Assembly (NCBI GenBank): GCA_963717115.1
Contig: CAVQVO010000017.1
Coordinates: 792,109 to 856,108 of the forward strand
Source of the DNA: an uncultured Acidimicrobiales bacterium
Lineage (GTDB): Bacteria > Actinomycetota > Acidimicrobiia > Acidimicrobiales > SZUA-35
Length of the DNA: 64,000 bases
Direction: 5' to 3'
A program made the translations under genes and the position numbers. Numbering within the stretch: position 1 is the first letter of the stretch; the number at the start of each line of letters is the position of its first letter. Positions 55,541 to 64,000 of the stretch are shown in pieces. Below the pieces are notes generated by a model, which worked only from the letters and a program-made list of their open reading frames with translations, was not told the origin of the DNA and searched no databases.

Positions 55541-55861
55541 TCAGGTCAGGGCCAACAGGACCCAGAAGACGCCCATGGCGCCGACGACCGTCAGAATGAG
55601 GTTCCGGCTCCACCACGCCAGTGGGCCCGCAACGGCGATTCCGGCCAGTTCGGGGAGGGTCAGACCCAGGTTGGAGGCCTCGGGATCGGCGATGAGGGAC
55701 ACGACCAGGGCCGAGAGCACCGCCGGGGCCACATTGCGCAGGGCCCGGCTGACGATGACGGGGATCGTCCGGTCGGCGAGGGCCAGGATCGGCCCGGCCC
55801 GCAGACCGTAGGTGATGGCGCCGACGATCCCGATCAGGACCAGTGAGTCGAGGATGCTCAC
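55541..55861 (-). CDS. azlD: AzlD-family branched-chain amino acid transport protein
   Basis: 106-aa hydrophobic protein with a 4-nt overlap with the azlC-like gene. Confidence 0.75.
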   Translation of the reverse strand: MSILDSLVLIGIVGAITYGLRAGPILALADRTIPVIVSRALRNVAPAVLSALVVSLIADPEASNLGLTLPELAGIAVAGPLAWWSRNLILTVVGAMGVFWVLLALT

Positions 55862-56655
55862 CGGGGTTCACCCCCGGAGTCGATCCGCAGGTCGACGACG
55901 AGGCCGGCGATCACGCCGCACGATCCGCCGATCAGCAGTCCGATGCGGTTCGGGAGCCCGATCGTGGCGAGGCAGACCGATCCACCGACCACGGCGGCGG
56001 CGACGGCCGGGCTCCGCAGGATCAGACCCCGTATGCCCATCACCACCAGCCCGGTGAACATGACCGCCGGCGCATACCCGAGTCGCCAGCCGGCGGGGAC
56101 GAACGAACCGAAGAAGTAGCCGGCGATGGTGGACGCCATCCACCCGCTCAGGAAGATGCCGGCGGTCACGAGGTAGTACCGCCGGAAGAGATCGGGATGG
56201 TCGCGCGACCGGGGTTCGGTGAGGGCGAAGACCTGATCGATCAGCATGGTCGGAGCGATCAGTCGGAACCAGCGGGGCTGCGACGTGAAGGCCGGGGCCA
56301 TGGCGGCCGAGTACATGATGTGACGGGCGTTGATGACCACCGCGGCCAGCCCGGCGGCCCAGGCCGAGGCCGTGCCGAGCAGGGTGACCATCGCCAACTG
56401 GGCGGCGCCGGCGAAGATGACGATCGACGAGGCCAGGCCGACCCCGTCGGGGATCGGCGAGTCCCGGACGGCCAGGCCGAACACGAAGCCGAAGGGAATG
56501 GCGGGGATGAGGAGGGGGACGGCGTTGGCCGACGCCGATCGGGCGGCCCGGCGCAGATCCGCCGGGGTCGGCGCGGTGGGGAGCCGGTCGGGCCGTTCGC
56601 GATGCGGTTCGTCGGGGGTCGACCGATCGGCGATCGGTCCGTCGGGTGAGGCCAC
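55858..56655 (-). CDS. azlC: AzlC-family branched-chain amino acid permease subunit
   Basis: Motif ...LLIPAIPFGFVFGLAV...IVIFAGAAQLAMVTLL...VVINARHIMYSAAMAP.... GTG start. Confidence 0.8.
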   Translation of the reverse strand: MASPDGPIADRSTPDEPHRERPDRLPTAPTPADLRRAARSASANAVPLLIPAIPFGFVFGLAVRDSPIPDGVGLASSIVIFAGAAQLAMVTLLGTASAWAAGLAAVVINARHIMYSAAMAPAFTSQPRWFRLIAPTMLIDQVFALTEPRSRDHPDLFRRYYLVTAGIFLSGWMASTIAGYFFGSFVPAGWRLGYAPAVMFTGLVVMGIRGLILRSPAVAAAVVGGSVCLATIGLPNRIGLLIGGSCGVIAGLVVDLRIDSGGEPR

Positions 56656-56784
56656 CGGGGGAACCTAGCGGCCCGGCCCGCCGGGGCGGCGGGAAGAGAA
56701 CCCGGCCCGACCGGGTTCCAGGATCGGGCGGGTCGTCGGCCACGTCGCGCCCGGCCCGCAGACCACCCCGCCGAAGGACCGACC

Positions 56785-57852
56785 ATGAGCCGACCCGAGT
56801 CCGACATCGCCGATCCCGATCCGGGTCGTTGGCGTCGCCGGGCGCGGACCGTGCCCTCGATGTTGGTCGCCACGGTCGTTGCGCTCGGGGCCGCCCCCGT
56901 GGTGTTGCCTGCGCTGGCCGTCGTCGATCTCGCTCGTGGTCGTCGTCGGCAGCCCTTGGTGCGCTCGGCCCGGTTCGCGCTGCGCTATCTCGTCAACGAC
57001 AGCGCCGAGGTCCTGCTGGCGCCGATGCTCTGGGTCGGCTCGCGGCTCCATCCCGGCGCCGGCACCGAGCGGTACCGGCGGGTCCAGGCCTGGTCGATCC
57101 GGACGCTGGCCGACGCCGCGGATCGGCGGCTCGGGATCCGGGTCGACCCCGACGCCGGCACGCCGGCGGAGCCCGGCTCCGGTCCGCTGATCGTGTTGAC
57201 CCGTCATGCCAGCCTGCTCGACGCCGGGCTCCCGTCACTGCTGTTCGGGCTCGATTCGGACTGGCAGGTCCGAGGCGTCGTGATGCGGGAGGCACTGGTC
57301 GATCCGGGGTTCGATCTGCTGTACCGGCGACTCGGGTCGGTGTTCATCGACCGCGATGACGGCCCGGCTGCTCGGAACGCCCTGGCGGTGCTGTCGGGGG
57401 CGACCGGGGCCGACGACGTGGTGACGATCTATCCGGAGGGCCGGTTGTTCCGGCCGCAGATCCTCGACCGCAGCCTGGAACGGCTGACCGAACGTGATCC
57501 CGCGAGGGCCGAACGGCTCGCCGGGCTGCGGCACGTGCTCCCCCCGCGGCCGGGTGGGGTGCTGGCCCTGCTCGATGCCCTGCCGGAGGCCGACGTCGTG
57601 GTCATCGGCCATGCCGGTTTCGAGGCCGCCGGTTCGGTCGCCGAGGTGGTGCGGCGAGTCCCGCTGGACGTCACCGTCGAGGTGATGAGTCGCCGATTCG
57701 CCCGAGCCGCCATCCCGACCGACCGCGACGAGCGGATCCGGTGGTTGGACGAACGCTGGCTGGACCTCGATGCCTGGATCCACGACCGGGTCGACGGCCA
57801 CCTCGACGAATTCGACGCTCGCCCAAACCCCGCAGGCGAGGCCACACCCTGA
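56785..57852 (+). CDS. Lysophospholipid/glycerolipid acyltransferase family protein
   Basis: HASLLD (HX4D-type block) and IYPEGRLF block. TM segment near the N-terminus. Confidence 0.6.
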   Translation: MSRPESDIADPDPGRWRRRARTVPSMLVATVVALGAAPVVLPALAVVDLARGRRRQPLVRSARFALRYLVNDSAEVLLAPMLWVGSRLHPGAGTERYRRVQAWSIRTLADAADRRLGIRVDPDAGTPAEPGSGPLIVLTRHASLLDAGLPSLLFGLDSDWQVRGVVMREALVDPGFDLLYRRLGSVFIDRDDGPAARNALAVLSGATGADDVVTIYPEGRLFRPQILDRSLERLTERDPARAERLAGLRHVLPPRPGGVLALLDALPEADVVVIGHAGFEAAGSVAEVVRRVPLDVTVEVMSRRFARAAIPTDRDERIRWLDERWLDLDAWIHDRVDGHLDEFDARPNPAGEATP

Positions 57853-57870
57853 CCCGTTCTGGCGAGGTCC

Positions 57871-57946
57871 CGTCCCACTCCCCGGTTCTGGCGGGCCGGC
57901 GTCCCCGCCGGGGGACGCCAGGCCGCCAGATCGGGAGTGGGGGACG
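57871..57946. repeat. 76-nt imperfect palindrome (long hairpin element)
   Basis: The core is GGCGTCCCC-GCCG-GGGGACGCC (57898-57919). Pairing extends outward with a few bulges and mismatches to CGTCCCACTCCCC...GGGAGTGGGGGACG (57871...57946). I count roughly 30 base pairs by hand. Confidence 0.6.
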
Positions 57947-58035
57947 CAGGACCGCCGGAGCGGTGCGGCGGGATCGCCGCTCGGGAGGTGCTCGGGATGG
58001 TCGCGCCGTGGGGTCGGGCGCCTACGGTGAGCCCG

Positions 58036-59230
58036 ATGACGAGGCGACGATCCGACCACCTCCGGAACCGACCGGGACGCTCGGCCCGGCGAACCGGGGT
58101 GCTGCTGGTGGCGGTGATGGCGCTGCTGGGCTGTGGCACATCGGCTTCCGACGCCCCCTCGGCGGCGACCCCCGACCCGGCCGGCTCCGCACCGACTGCG
58201 GCCCCGACCACGACGAGCGTCGCGTCCTCGACCGCCGACCCGGCCTCCGATCCGACCGCCACGCGACTCGCGGGTCGGACCGTCGTCGGGTTGTGATGCC
58301 GGGGCGCCCGGGACCCTGCCCGCCGAACTCGTCACCGCCGACGGTCTGCGCCGGACCTTCCGGGTCCAGCTGCCCGATGACCACGAACCCGGCGTGCCCT
58401 CGCCGCTGGTCCTCGACTTCCACGGATTGGGGAGCGACGGGCTCCAGCAGGCCCTGGTCTCGTCGTCGCCCGCTGCTGCCGCCCGCCGGGGCTTCATCTC
58501 GGTGGTGCCCGACGGTGCCCGCAACGAACTGCTCGGCGCCCGGCTCTGGAACCTGGGCGGCACCGAAACCGGGGTCGCAGCCCTCGACGAGGCCGGCCCG
58601 GGCCTGGCCGACGACGTGGCGTTCACCGTCGAGCTGCTCGATCTCGTGGAGTCGGTGCTCTGTGTCGACACCGGGCGGGTCTACTCGATGGGGTTGTCGA
58701 ACGGCGGCTTCTTCTCGGCCGTGCTGGCCTGCGAGCTGTCGGATCGGATCGCGGCCATCGCCACGGTCGCCGGCATCACCCACCCCGACGACTGCGAACC
58801 CGTCCGCCCCGTTCCGGTGCTCCACGTCCACGGAACCGCCGACACCGTCGTCCCGTTCGACGGCGGTGACTCGTCGCTGCTGGCCGGCGCCGGTCGCGCC
58901 GTGCCGGGCGTCGACTCCTCGGTGATCGCCGGGCTGGCTGCCGAACTGTTCGTGCCGATCGCCGGTGAGGTCGCCGAGTGGGCCGTCGCCAACGGCTGCG
59001 ACCCCGATCCGACGACCACGGCCCGGTCACCGGTGGTCGAGGAACGGGTCTATCCCAACTGTGCTCCCGGTGGCGCCGTCGAGTTCTTCGTGGTCGATGG
59101 CGGCGGCCACACCTGGCCGGGATCGGTCACGATGTCCCTGGTCCCGTCGCTCGGACCGACGACCTTCGACATCGATGCCACGGCGCTCGCCTTCGACTGG
59201 TTCGACGACCATCCGATGCCCGGCGCCTGA
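58036..59230 (+). pseudogene. LpqC/PHB-depolymerase-family esterase lipoprotein, signal/linker and catalytic domain in different frames (+1)
   Basis: Frame 1 encodes MTRRRSDHL...LLVAVMALLGCGTS plus a PT linker and ends at TGA 58294-58296. Frame 2 (ORF 58133..59230) encodes ...SSGCDAGAPGTLPAELVTADGLRRTFRVQLP...PLVLDFHGLG...MGLSNGGFF...VLHVHGTADTVVPFDGG. Length 1195 = 1194 + 1. The junction lies at ~58240-58290. Confidence 0.65.
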
Positions 59231-59273
59231 CCCGAGCGTCGACCCGGCCATGCGGACGGCGACCGACGTCGGC

Positions 59274-61037
59274 TCAGTCGGGCTCGATCAGCACGAGCTC
59301 GACCCAACCACGGACCGAGTTGATCGAGAAGATCGCATCGCATCGGGCCAGGTCGGCCCGGGTGACCACCCGCTCTCGGATCTTGTCGTGGTCGAGGAGT
59401 TCGGCCCGGAACGTGCCGGGCAGCAAACCGCTCGAGGTCGGCGGGGTGACGAGCTGCCCGTCGAGATCGAGCACCAGGTTGCCGATCGTGGTCTCGGTCA
59501 GCTCACCCCGCTCGTTCCACAGGATGACCTCTCGCGCCGCTCCCATCGACCGGCGATGATGGTCGTAGGCGTGGCGGGCCGTCGTCTTGTGACCGAGCGT
59601 TGGATCGGTGGATCGCACCGGCGTGGCCGCGAGCCGTGCCGGCCAGGGCTCGATCGTCGGCTCGGGGGCGTTCCCGGACTCGAGCTCGACGTTGCCGTTG
59701 CGGTCGACGAGGAGCCGCAGACGTCGTGGTTCGGAGCGGGGCCGGGCGGTCGTCCAGGCCGTGAGCCGCTCCCGGACCTGGTCGAGATCGACGCGGTGGC
59801 CGAGTGCCATGGCCGACCGATCGAGGCGGGCGAGATGCCGGTCGACACGGCCGATCCCGGTATCGGGGGACCAGAGCATGGTCTCGAGCAGACGAACCGG
59901 CTCGAGGGCCCGATCCAAGACCCGGGTCTTCACCTTCGTCTCGCTCCACTCGTCGGCGGGATCGGAGTCCCACACGATCCCGCCGCCGACGCCGAAGGTG
60001 GCCGTGGCGCGAACCCGATCGATCCACACCGTGCGGATCGCCACGTTGAACTCGGCGACCCCGCCAGGGCCGATCACCCCCGCAGCCCCGGTGTAGAGCC
60101 CCCGGGGAGTCGCTTCCAGTTCGGCGATGCGACGGGTGGTGCGGTACTTCGGTGCCCCCGTGATGGACGCCGGAGGGAAGGTCGCACCGAACACCTCCGC
60201 CAGGCTCGCCCGGGACCGGGCCTCGACGGTGGACGTCATCTGGAGGACGGTCGGATATCGCTCGACGCGGTGCAGCGCCGGGACGGTGATCGAACCGACC
60301 TCGGCGATCCGACCCAGGTCGTTGCGCATCATGTCGACGATCATCGTGTTCTCGGCCCGGTCCTTGGCGCTGCCGGCCAGCTCGTCGACGAGCCGTTCGT
60401 CGGCCGCGGGCGTCGAACCCCGAGGCCGGGTTCCCTTCATCGGGATCGACCGCAGCCGGTGGCCGCCGTCGGGCTGCGGGTCCCGCCGGAGGAACAGCTC
60501 GGGGGAGGCCGAGCAGACGGCGAACGGGCCCAGGTCGAGGTAGACACCGTAGGTGGCGCCCTGGGCGGCCATCAGCGAGCGGAACAGGCCCAGGGACGAG
60601 CCGTCGAAGGTCGCCGACCGCCGGTACGTGAGGTTCACCTGGTAGGTGTCGCCGGCGGCGATCAGGTCACGGACGGCGTCGACCCCCTGCCGGAACGCTT
60701 CGGGTGACACCGAGTCCGACCAGGGCCCGGTGGTGAAGAATCCTCCATCGACCGGATCGGGCTCCGAACCCTCGAACACGGCGAACACGGCCAGGGGCAC
60801 GGAGGGGTCGCGGCGGGACTCGATGGCCGGATCGAAGGCCGGTCCGGCGTCGTAGGAGACGAATCCCACGACCCATCGGCCTGCGATCGCCGCCGCCTCG
60901 GCGGCGGCAACGACCGGCGCCACCTCGGCGGGATCCCACGCCACGAGCGTCGACGAGGCCCGCTCGAAGGAACGCCAGGCGCCGCTGGCGGGATCGCGGG
61001 CGATGGCTCGTCGGGTTTCGAGAAGGGGTGGAGGCAT
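59274..61037 (-). CDS. Bifunctional aminodeoxychorismate synthase component I / aminodeoxychorismate lyase (PabB-PabC fusion)
   Basis: Chorismate-binding blocks ...PASITGAPKYRTTRRIAELEATPRGLYTGAAGVIGPGG...FNVAIRT.... The C-terminal class-IV aminotransferase-like part reads ...ILWNERGELTETTIGNLVL...TPPTSSGLLPGTFR.... Confidence 0.8.
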   Translation of the reverse strand: MPPPLLETRRAIARDPASGAWRSFERASSTLVAWDPAEVAPVVAAAEAAAIAGRWVVGFVSYDAGPAFDPAIESRRDPSVPLAVFAVFEGSEPDPVDGGFFTTGPWSDSVSPEAFRQGVDAVRDLIAAGDTYQVNLTYRRSATFDGSSLGLFRSLMAAQGATYGVYLDLGPFAVCSASPELFLRRDPQPDGGHRLRSIPMKGTRPRGSTPAADERLVDELAGSAKDRAENTMIVDMMRNDLGRIAEVGSITVPALHRVERYPTVLQMTSTVEARSRASLAEVFGATFPPASITGAPKYRTTRRIAELEATPRGLYTGAAGVIGPGGVAEFNVAIRTVWIDRVRATATFGVGGGIVWDSDPADEWSETKVKTRVLDRALEPVRLLETMLWSPDTGIGRVDRHLARLDRSAMALGHRVDLDQVRERLTAWTTARPRSEPRRLRLLVDRNGNVELESGNAPEPTIEPWPARLAATPVRSTDPTLGHKTTARHAYDHHRRSMGAAREVILWNERGELTETTIGNLVLDLDGQLVTPPTSSGLLPGTFRAELLDHDKIRERVVTRADLARCDAIFSINSVRGWVELVLIEPD

Positions 61038-61153
61038 GGAGGACCGGACGGTTCGGGCGGTGGGCGCCAGGGCAGTATGTCGGCCGGGCGGCCCCGTCGG
61101 GCTCGAAACGCTGCGAGCGAAGCAATCGTTCCCGCCCGTTAGCCTCCCCCTCC

Positions 61154-61978
61154 ATGGCCGTCCCGTTCGACCCGACCCGCGATCTCGACGAGGTCACCGC
61201 GCTCGTCCGTGAGGCGAGCCGTTGCTCGCTCGACTGGTTCCGCCGACCGATGGACGTGATCAACAAGCTGGCCGACCGCGCGGGGCCGAGCGAGGACGGG
61301 CACGCTGCTCCCTTCGACCCCGTCACGGCCGCCGACCGGGCCGTCGAGGACGCCCTGCGGGCGTCGTTGACCGAACGATTCCCCGGGCACGAGATCCTCG
61401 GCGAGGAACGGGGCCTCAGCGGAGACGGTGACTGGCGCTGGATCATCGATCCGATCGACGGGACCCGGGCGTTCATCACCGGTCAGCCGATGTGGGGCAC
61501 CCTCCTCGGCCTCCGTCACCTCGACACGATGGTGGCCGGATGGCTCCACAACCCGGTGCTCGACCAGACCTACATCGGTTCGGCCCTCGGGGCCACGGTG
61601 ATCGACCGGGGCGAGTCGTCGCCCATCCGCACCCGCCAGGGGATCGACCTCGCCCACGCGATCGTGCTGTGCACCCACCCCGACATGTTCGCGCCCGGCA
61701 ACGAGGCCGAGGCCTTCGGTCGCCTCGATCGAGCCACCCGGATGGTTCGCTACAGCGGCGATTGCATGAACTTCGCCCTGCTCGCGTCGGGCTTCGCCGA
61801 CCTGGTCGTCGAGAACCACCTCCAGTCCTACGACATCGCGGCGCTGATCCCCATCGTCGAGCGCGCCGGGGGTGTGATCACGGCGCTCGACGGCTCCAGC
61901 CCGATCGAAGGCGGGTTCGTGGTGGCCGGGGCCACCCCCGGGCTGCACGCCGCCGCCCTCGCCGTCCTCGGGAGCTGA
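61154..61978 (+). CDS. Inositol monophosphatase family protein (histidinol-phosphatase HisN-like)
   Basis: Motif ...ILGEERG...WIIDPIDGTRAFITGQPMWGTLLGL.... Start at ATG 61154. Confidence 0.75.
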   Translation: MAVPFDPTRDLDEVTALVREASRCSLDWFRRPMDVINKLADRAGPSEDGHAAPFDPVTAADRAVEDALRASLTERFPGHEILGEERGLSGDGDWRWIIDPIDGTRAFITGQPMWGTLLGLRHLDTMVAGWLHNPVLDQTYIGSALGATVIDRGESSPIRTRQGIDLAHAIVLCTHPDMFAPGNEAEAFGRLDRATRMVRYSGDCMNFALLASGFADLVVENHLQSYDIAALIPIVERAGGVITALDGSSPIEGGFVVAGATPGLHAAALAVLGS

Positions 61979-62195
61979 GCCCCGATCGCCGATCGTCGCC
62001 GATCGTCGCCGATCCCGGATCGGTCCGCGTCGGGCGGCCCGACGTGCGACACTGGACGACACACCACGACCGAAGCCCGGGGATCAGGCCGGTCGATCAC
62101 CACGAGGGGGTTGTCATGTCCGTCCACGCTCTGTCCTCGGCACCGTCGCCGTCGTCACCGGCACCGTCGGTGCGAGACCGATCGGAGGTCGGGCC

Positions 62196-62630
62196 GTGCA
62201 GGTAGCCGACATCCTGGGCAGGAAGGGATCCGACGTGGCCACGGTTGCCCCGTCGCTCTCGGTTCGAGACGTCGTCGCCGCCCTGGCCGAGCACGGCGTC
62301 GGTGCCCTCGTCGTCTCGGGCGACGGGACCTCGATCGACGGGATCGTGTCCGAGCGCGACATCGTGCGCCGCCTGGCGAGCGACGGTGCGGCCCTGCTCG
62401 AGCTCTCGGTCGACCAGATCATGACCCGCGACGTCGTCACCTGCGCCGCCGCCGACCGAGCCGATCAGTTGCTCGGGCTCATGACATCCCGCCGGATCCG
62501 CCATCTGCCGGTGGCGACCGACGGTGCCCTGTCGGGCATCGTCAGCATCGGCGACGTGGTGAAGAGCCGGCTCGACGAGTTGGTCGAGGAGACCCGAGCG
62601 CTCGAGGGTTACATCCAGAATTCCTGGTGA
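62196..62630 (+). CDS. CBS-domain pair protein
   Basis: 144 aa with two CBS repeats (...GALVVSGDGTSIDGIVSERDIVR... and ...RRIRHLPVATDGALSGIVSIGDVV...). GTG start preceded by GGAGG. Confidence 0.8.
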   Translation: MQVADILGRKGSDVATVAPSLSVRDVVAALAEHGVGALVVSGDGTSIDGIVSERDIVRRLASDGAALLELSVDQIMTRDVVTCAAADRADQLLGLMTSRRIRHLPVATDGALSGIVSIGDVVKSRLDELVEETRALEGYIQNSW

Positions 62631-62633
62631 ACC

Positions 62634-63516
62634 TCAGCCCGCCCGTCGGGCGATGCCGTGGATGCGCGTCGGCGATCTGGGGAACCAGGGCCGGCGGCAG
62701 GTCGTGGCCCATCTGGGCCAGGACCAACAGGTCGGCATTCGGGACGGCCTCGGCCGTTGCCAGGCCCCCCGACACGTCGATGAGGTCATCGGCCCGTCCG
62801 TGGATGACCAGGAAGGGGAGGTCGACCCCGGCCAACAGCGGGGTGCGATCGCCCGACGCGAAGATCGCGGCCATCTGGAAGGCTGCCCCGATGGGGTGGA
62901 ACGAGCGGTCGAAGGCGGCTGCGGTCCGGATCGCCGCGGTCTCGCGATTCCACAGCGGTCCCGAGATGACCCGAGAGCCCTCGATCCCCTGGGCGATCAT
63001 CGCCTCCCGACCCTGGGGCGGAGGAGCGAGCAGGGCCCCCATCGCCTCGGGTTTGGCCTGACCGACCTGACGGTCGCCGGTGGTCGACATGATCGAGGTG
63101 ACCGAGCGCAGGCGGGTCGGATGCTCGACCGCCAGGTGCTGGACGATCATCCCGCCCATCGACGCACCGGCCACGTGGGCCGACTCGATCCCGAGATGGT
63201 CGAGCAACCCGACGGCGTCGGCCGCCATGTCGGACAGGGTGTAGGGCACCTCGGCAGCGATGTCCTCGCCCCCGAGCGCCCGGGCCATCAACGCCATCGA
63301 ATCGGGAGGCGGACCGGCCGACTTGGTCGACAGCCCGCAGTCGCGGTTGTCGTGTCGGATCACGAAGTACCCGAGGCCGGTGAGTGCGTCGATCAGCTCG
63401 TCGGGCCAGGCGATGAGCTGAGCGGTGAACCCCATGACCAGCAGGAGGGGCTCGCCGGCCGGGTCGCCGTGGGTCTCGTAGTAGAGGTCGATTCCGTTCG
63501 CGGTTGCAGTGGGCAC
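62634..63516 (-). pseudogene. Alpha/beta hydrolase with a +1 disruption 11 codons before its natural stop
   Basis: MPTATANGIDLYYETHGDPAGEPLLLVMGF...VAGASMGGMI.... As printed, the ORF runs on to 62542, antisense into the CBS gene. Removing one base near 62664-62667 gives ...LVPQIADAIHGIARRAG* ending at 62634. Length 883 = 882 + 1. Confidence 0.6.
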
Positions 63517-63568
63517 GGGCGAGATCCTGGCACGGGTGGCGACGGAGTGCCAGGCCGCCTCGCCGGGG

Positions 63569-64000
63569 TCAGGTGCTCCCGAGACCGCGTAGACCGCCCC
63601 AGGCCAGGGTCGACAGGTCGCCGGCCAACTGGGTCAGGTCGCTGTCGGAGGGCGCATCGGCCATCCAGTGGCGCACCATGCCCTCGGCCAGTCCGACCAC
63701 GCCGTGGGCCATCGAGATCCGTCGGGCGGTCGAGATCCCGGGCACGTCGATCAGCTCGGCGATCGACTGCGAGATCGATCGTTCGACCCGTTGCGTGATC
63801 ATCACCCACTCGTCGTCCTCGCGGCTGGTTCCCCCGAACAGCAGGCGGAACCCGTCGGCGTCGGCGTCGACGAACGCGAGATAGGCCGCGAACCCCCGCT
63901 GGACCTGTTCGCGGGGCGTCCCGCCCTCGGCGGCGGCCTTGATGATGCCGGTCTCGAGCCGGTGACCGACGTCGTCGAGCACGGCCCGGTAGAGGTCGCG
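63569..64000 (-). CDS. TetR-family transcriptional regulator, C-terminal ligand domain (5' end outside the window)
   Basis: The frame is open to the window end. ...RDLYRAVLDDVGHRLE... follows the usual end of a TetR HTH domain. The C-terminal part is helical. Confidence 0.6.
   Translation of the reverse strand, partial: RDLYRAVLDDVGHRLETGIIKAAAEGGTPREQVQRGFAAYLAFVDADADGFRLLFGGTSREDDEWVMITQRVERSISQSIAELIDVPGISTARRISMAHGVVGLAEGMVRHWMADAPSDSDLTQLAGDLSTLAWGGLRGLGST

Noticed and set aside
1-64000. Mobile elements, integrases, prophage genes, tRNA/rRNA genes and toxin-antitoxin or defence modules
   Set aside because: I looked for DDE/tyrosine-recombinase-like proteins, terminal inverted repeats around gene blocks, cloverleaf-sized structured AT-richer gaps and nuclease/ATPase defence signatures, and found none. 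The patatin-like gene has no cyclase/sensor partner that would suggest a CBASS-type system.

Overview
This is a 64-kb chromosomal segment that looks very GC-rich by eye (not computed). Gene content and gene syntax resemble Actinomycetota: strong G/C at third codon positions, frequent GTG starts, and many 4-nt ATGA/GTGA start-stop overlaps. I can support about 55 protein-coding genes.

Gene content:
- Housekeeping genes include proS, uppP, an rlmM-like methyltransferase, a pabB-pabC fusion and a hisN-like phosphatase.
- Lipid and xenobiotic metabolism genes include an acyl-CoA dehydrogenase, two acyl-CoA ligases, a P450, a Baeyer-Villiger monooxygenase, several alpha/beta hydrolases, an LLM oxidoreductase and a thioesterase.
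- Transport genes include a Liv-type ABC operon with an embedded fadD-like ligase, an ABC-2 exporter, MMPL, MFS, EamA, AzlCD, a Na+/H+ antiporter and MscS.
- Envelope and regulatory genes include a sortase with a CHRD-domain substrate, OmpA-like and lipoprotein genes, a NarL-type two-component system, an ECF sigma/anti-sigma pair and a TetR regulator.

I recognised no rRNA, tRNA, CRISPR array, transposase, integrase or phage gene.

Most notable observations:
1. A zone at about 22.8-26.1 kb (apbE, anti-sigma factor and neighbours) can only be read by hopping frames repeatedly. Every hop is a +1 shift. Isolated +1 disruptions also occur in four other genes.
2. Two non-coding tandem arrays fill regulatory gaps: 22 bp x about 4.3 between the histidine kinase and the ABC exporter, and 34 bp x about 4.7 between the P450 and the MFS gene.
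3. A nucleotide-identical 264-bp triplication encodes FN3-like modules in a secreted phosphoesterase.
4. A class-F-type sortase is translationally coupled to a CHRD protein whose C-terminal anchor lacks LPXTG.
5. Twin GTTAC-N6-GTAAC operators bracket the acyl-CoA dehydrogenase promoter.
6. A three-gene operon combines an epoxide-hydrolase-like protein, a nucleophile-less alpha/beta-fold protein and a rifampicin-phosphotransferase-like PEP-utilising enzyme.

I did not find a clear-cut new multi-gene system such as a defence island. All functional calls rest on motif recognition by eye and need database confirmation.
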